In this document: one piece after another, positions 62,045-64,000 of the stretch | How positions within the stretch are numbered: the stretch's first letter is position 1 | How the letters are laid out: the number at the start of each line of letters is the position of its first letter | DNA from: Haliotis rufescens | Taxonomy: Eukaryota | DNA length: 64,000 bases | NCBI RefSeq assembly: GCF_023055435.1 | Contig: NW_025964112.1 | Span: 54,622,001 to 54,686,000 of the forward strand | Direction: 5' to 3' | Notes under the pieces: model-generated | Told to the model about the DNA's origin: nothing | Database searches by the model: none | What the model saw: only the letters and a program-made list of their open reading frames with translations | Program-made: the position numbers and the translations under genes

Positions 62045-64000
62045 TCTGGTTGTGCACCGTCACCTGCAATGCCGGTGTACCAGTATGTGTCGATGTCTCT
62101 CTGGTTGTACACCGTCACCTGCAATGCCGGTGTACCAGTATGTGTCGATGTCTCTCTGGTTGTACATCATCACCTGCAATGCTGGTGTACCAGTATGTGT
62201 CGATGTCTCTCTGGTTGTACATCATCACCTGCAATGCCGGTGTACCAGTATGTGTCGATGTCTCTCTGGTTGTACATCATCACCTGCAATGCTGGTGTAC
62301 CAGTATGTGTCGATGTCTCTCTGGTTGTACATCATCACCTGCAATGCCGGTGTACCAGTATGTGTCGATGTCTCTCTGGTTGTACATCATCACCTGCAAT
62401 GCTAGTGTACCAGTATGTGTCGATGTCTCTCTGGTTGTACATCATCACCTGCAATGCTGGTGTACCAGTATGTGTCGATGTCTCTCTGGTTGTACATCAT
62501 CACCTGCAATGCTGGTGTACCAGTATGTGTCGATGTCTCTCTGGTTGTACATCATCACCTGCAATGCTGGTGTACCAGTATGTGTCGATGTCTCTCTGGT
62601 TGTACATCATCACCTGCAATGCTGGTGTACCAGTATGTGTCGATGTCTCTCTGGTTGTACATCATCACCTGCAATGCCGGTGTACCAGTATGTGTCGATG
62701 TCTCTCTGGTTGTACATCATCACCTGCAATGCTGGTGTACCAGTATGTGTCGATGTCTCTCTGGTTGTACATCATCACCTGCAATGCTGGTTTACCAGTA
62801 TGTGTCGATCTCTCTCTGGTTGTACACCGTCACTTGCAATGCCGGTGTACCAGTATGTGTTGATGTCTCTCTGGTTGTACACCATCACCTGCAATGCTGG
62901 TGTACCAGTATGTGTCGATCTCTCTCTGGTTGTACACCATCACCTGCAATGCTGGTGTACCAGTATGTGTCGATGTCTCTCTGGTTGTACATCATCACCT
63001 GCAAAGCTGGTGTACCAGTATGTGTCGATGTCTCTCTGATTGTACATCATCACCTGCAATGCTGGTGTACCAGTATGTGACGATGTCTCTCTGGTTGTAC
63101 ACCATCACCTGCACAACCGGCCCACGAGTATGTGTCGATGTCTCTCTGGTTGTACACCATCACCTGCACAACCGGCCCACGAGTATGTGTCGATGTCTCT
63201 CTGGTTGTACATCATCACCTGCAATGCCGGTGTACCAGTATGTGTCGATGTCTCTCTGGTTGTACACCATCACCTGCACAACCGGCCCACGAGTATGTGT
63301 CGATGTCTCTCTGGTTGTACACCATCACCTGCACAACCGGCCCACGAGTATGTGTCGATGTCTCTCTGGTTGTACATCATCACCTGCCTATGCTGGTGTA
63401 CCAGTATGTGTTGATGTCTCTCTGGTAGTACATCATCACCTGCAATGCTGGTGTGCCAGTATGTGTTGATGTCTATCTGGTTGTACATCATCACCTGCAC
63501 AACCGGCCCACGAGTATGTGTTGATGTCTCTCTGGTTGTACACCATCACCTGCACAACCGGCCCACGAGTATGTGTCGATGTCTCTCTGGTTGTACATCA
63601 TCACCTGCACAACCGGCCCACGAGTATGTGTCAATGTCTCTCTGGTTGAACATCATCACCTGCACAACCGGCCCACGAGTATGTGTCGATGTCTATCTGG
63701 TTGTACATCATCACCTGCACAACCGGCCCACGAGTATGTGTCGATGTCTATCTGGTTGTACATCATCACCTGCACAACCGGCCCACGAGTATGTGTCGAT
63801 GTCTATCTGGTTGTACACCATCACCTGCAATGCCGGTGTGCCAGTATGTGTCGATGTCTATCTGGTTGTACATCATCACCTGCACAACCGGCCCACGAGT
63901 ATGTGTCGATGTCTATCTGGTTGTACATCATCACCTGCACAACCGGCCCACGAGTATGTGTCGATGTCTATCTGGTTGTACATCATCACCTGCAATGCCG
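62045..64000. repeat. 55-bp satellite (TGTCGATGTCTCTCTGGTTGTACATCATCACCTGCAATGCTGGTGTACCAGTATG), ~35 copies, runs off the window end
   Basis: Directly visible; a second variant (..CACAACCGGCCCACGAGTATG) appears from ~63110; the 55-aa periodicity of the ORFs in all three + frames confirms the 55-bp unit. Confidence 0.95.

Noticed and set aside
61995-63500. Long overlapping ORFs (up to 334 aa) with Cys/His-rich repeats
   Set aside because: All three frames give the same rotating peptide from a 55-bp satellite; not a protein gene.

Overview
Eukaryotic, AT-rich animal genomic DNA. The repeat landscape suggests a mollusc, probably a gastropod (inference, not verified). Bases 1 to ~25 kb hold the 3' half of a tau/MAP2/MAP4-family microtubule-associated protein gene on the + strand. 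It has four 90-nt phase-0 exons, each encoding one 30-aa microtubule-binding repeat (1178-1267, 2866-2955, 5431-5520, 6572-6661), and a terminal exon (21719-21847, IETQKLNFKETAKARTKHG...) with a probably long 3' UTR. The most striking feature lies inside the 15-kb last intron on the same strand: an intact, intronless 389-codon ORF (15251-16420) encoding a second tau-like protein with about 7 repeats. It has its own ATG, an upstream in-frame stop, an NLS-like PKKKKR and three tandem stem-loops right after its stop codon, so it is either a tau retrocopy nested in the tau gene or an unusual alternative terminal unit. The rest of the window (~26-64 kb) has no recognisable intact protein gene. It contains several SINE-like families, three of which share a 3' tail and one of which lacks a tRNA head but starts with a conserved pseudoknot-forming 5' end. 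It also has two decayed Tc1/mariner transposases, MITEs, an 87-bp perfect palindrome and large satellite arrays, one of which explains the long spurious ORFs at 62-63.5 kb.
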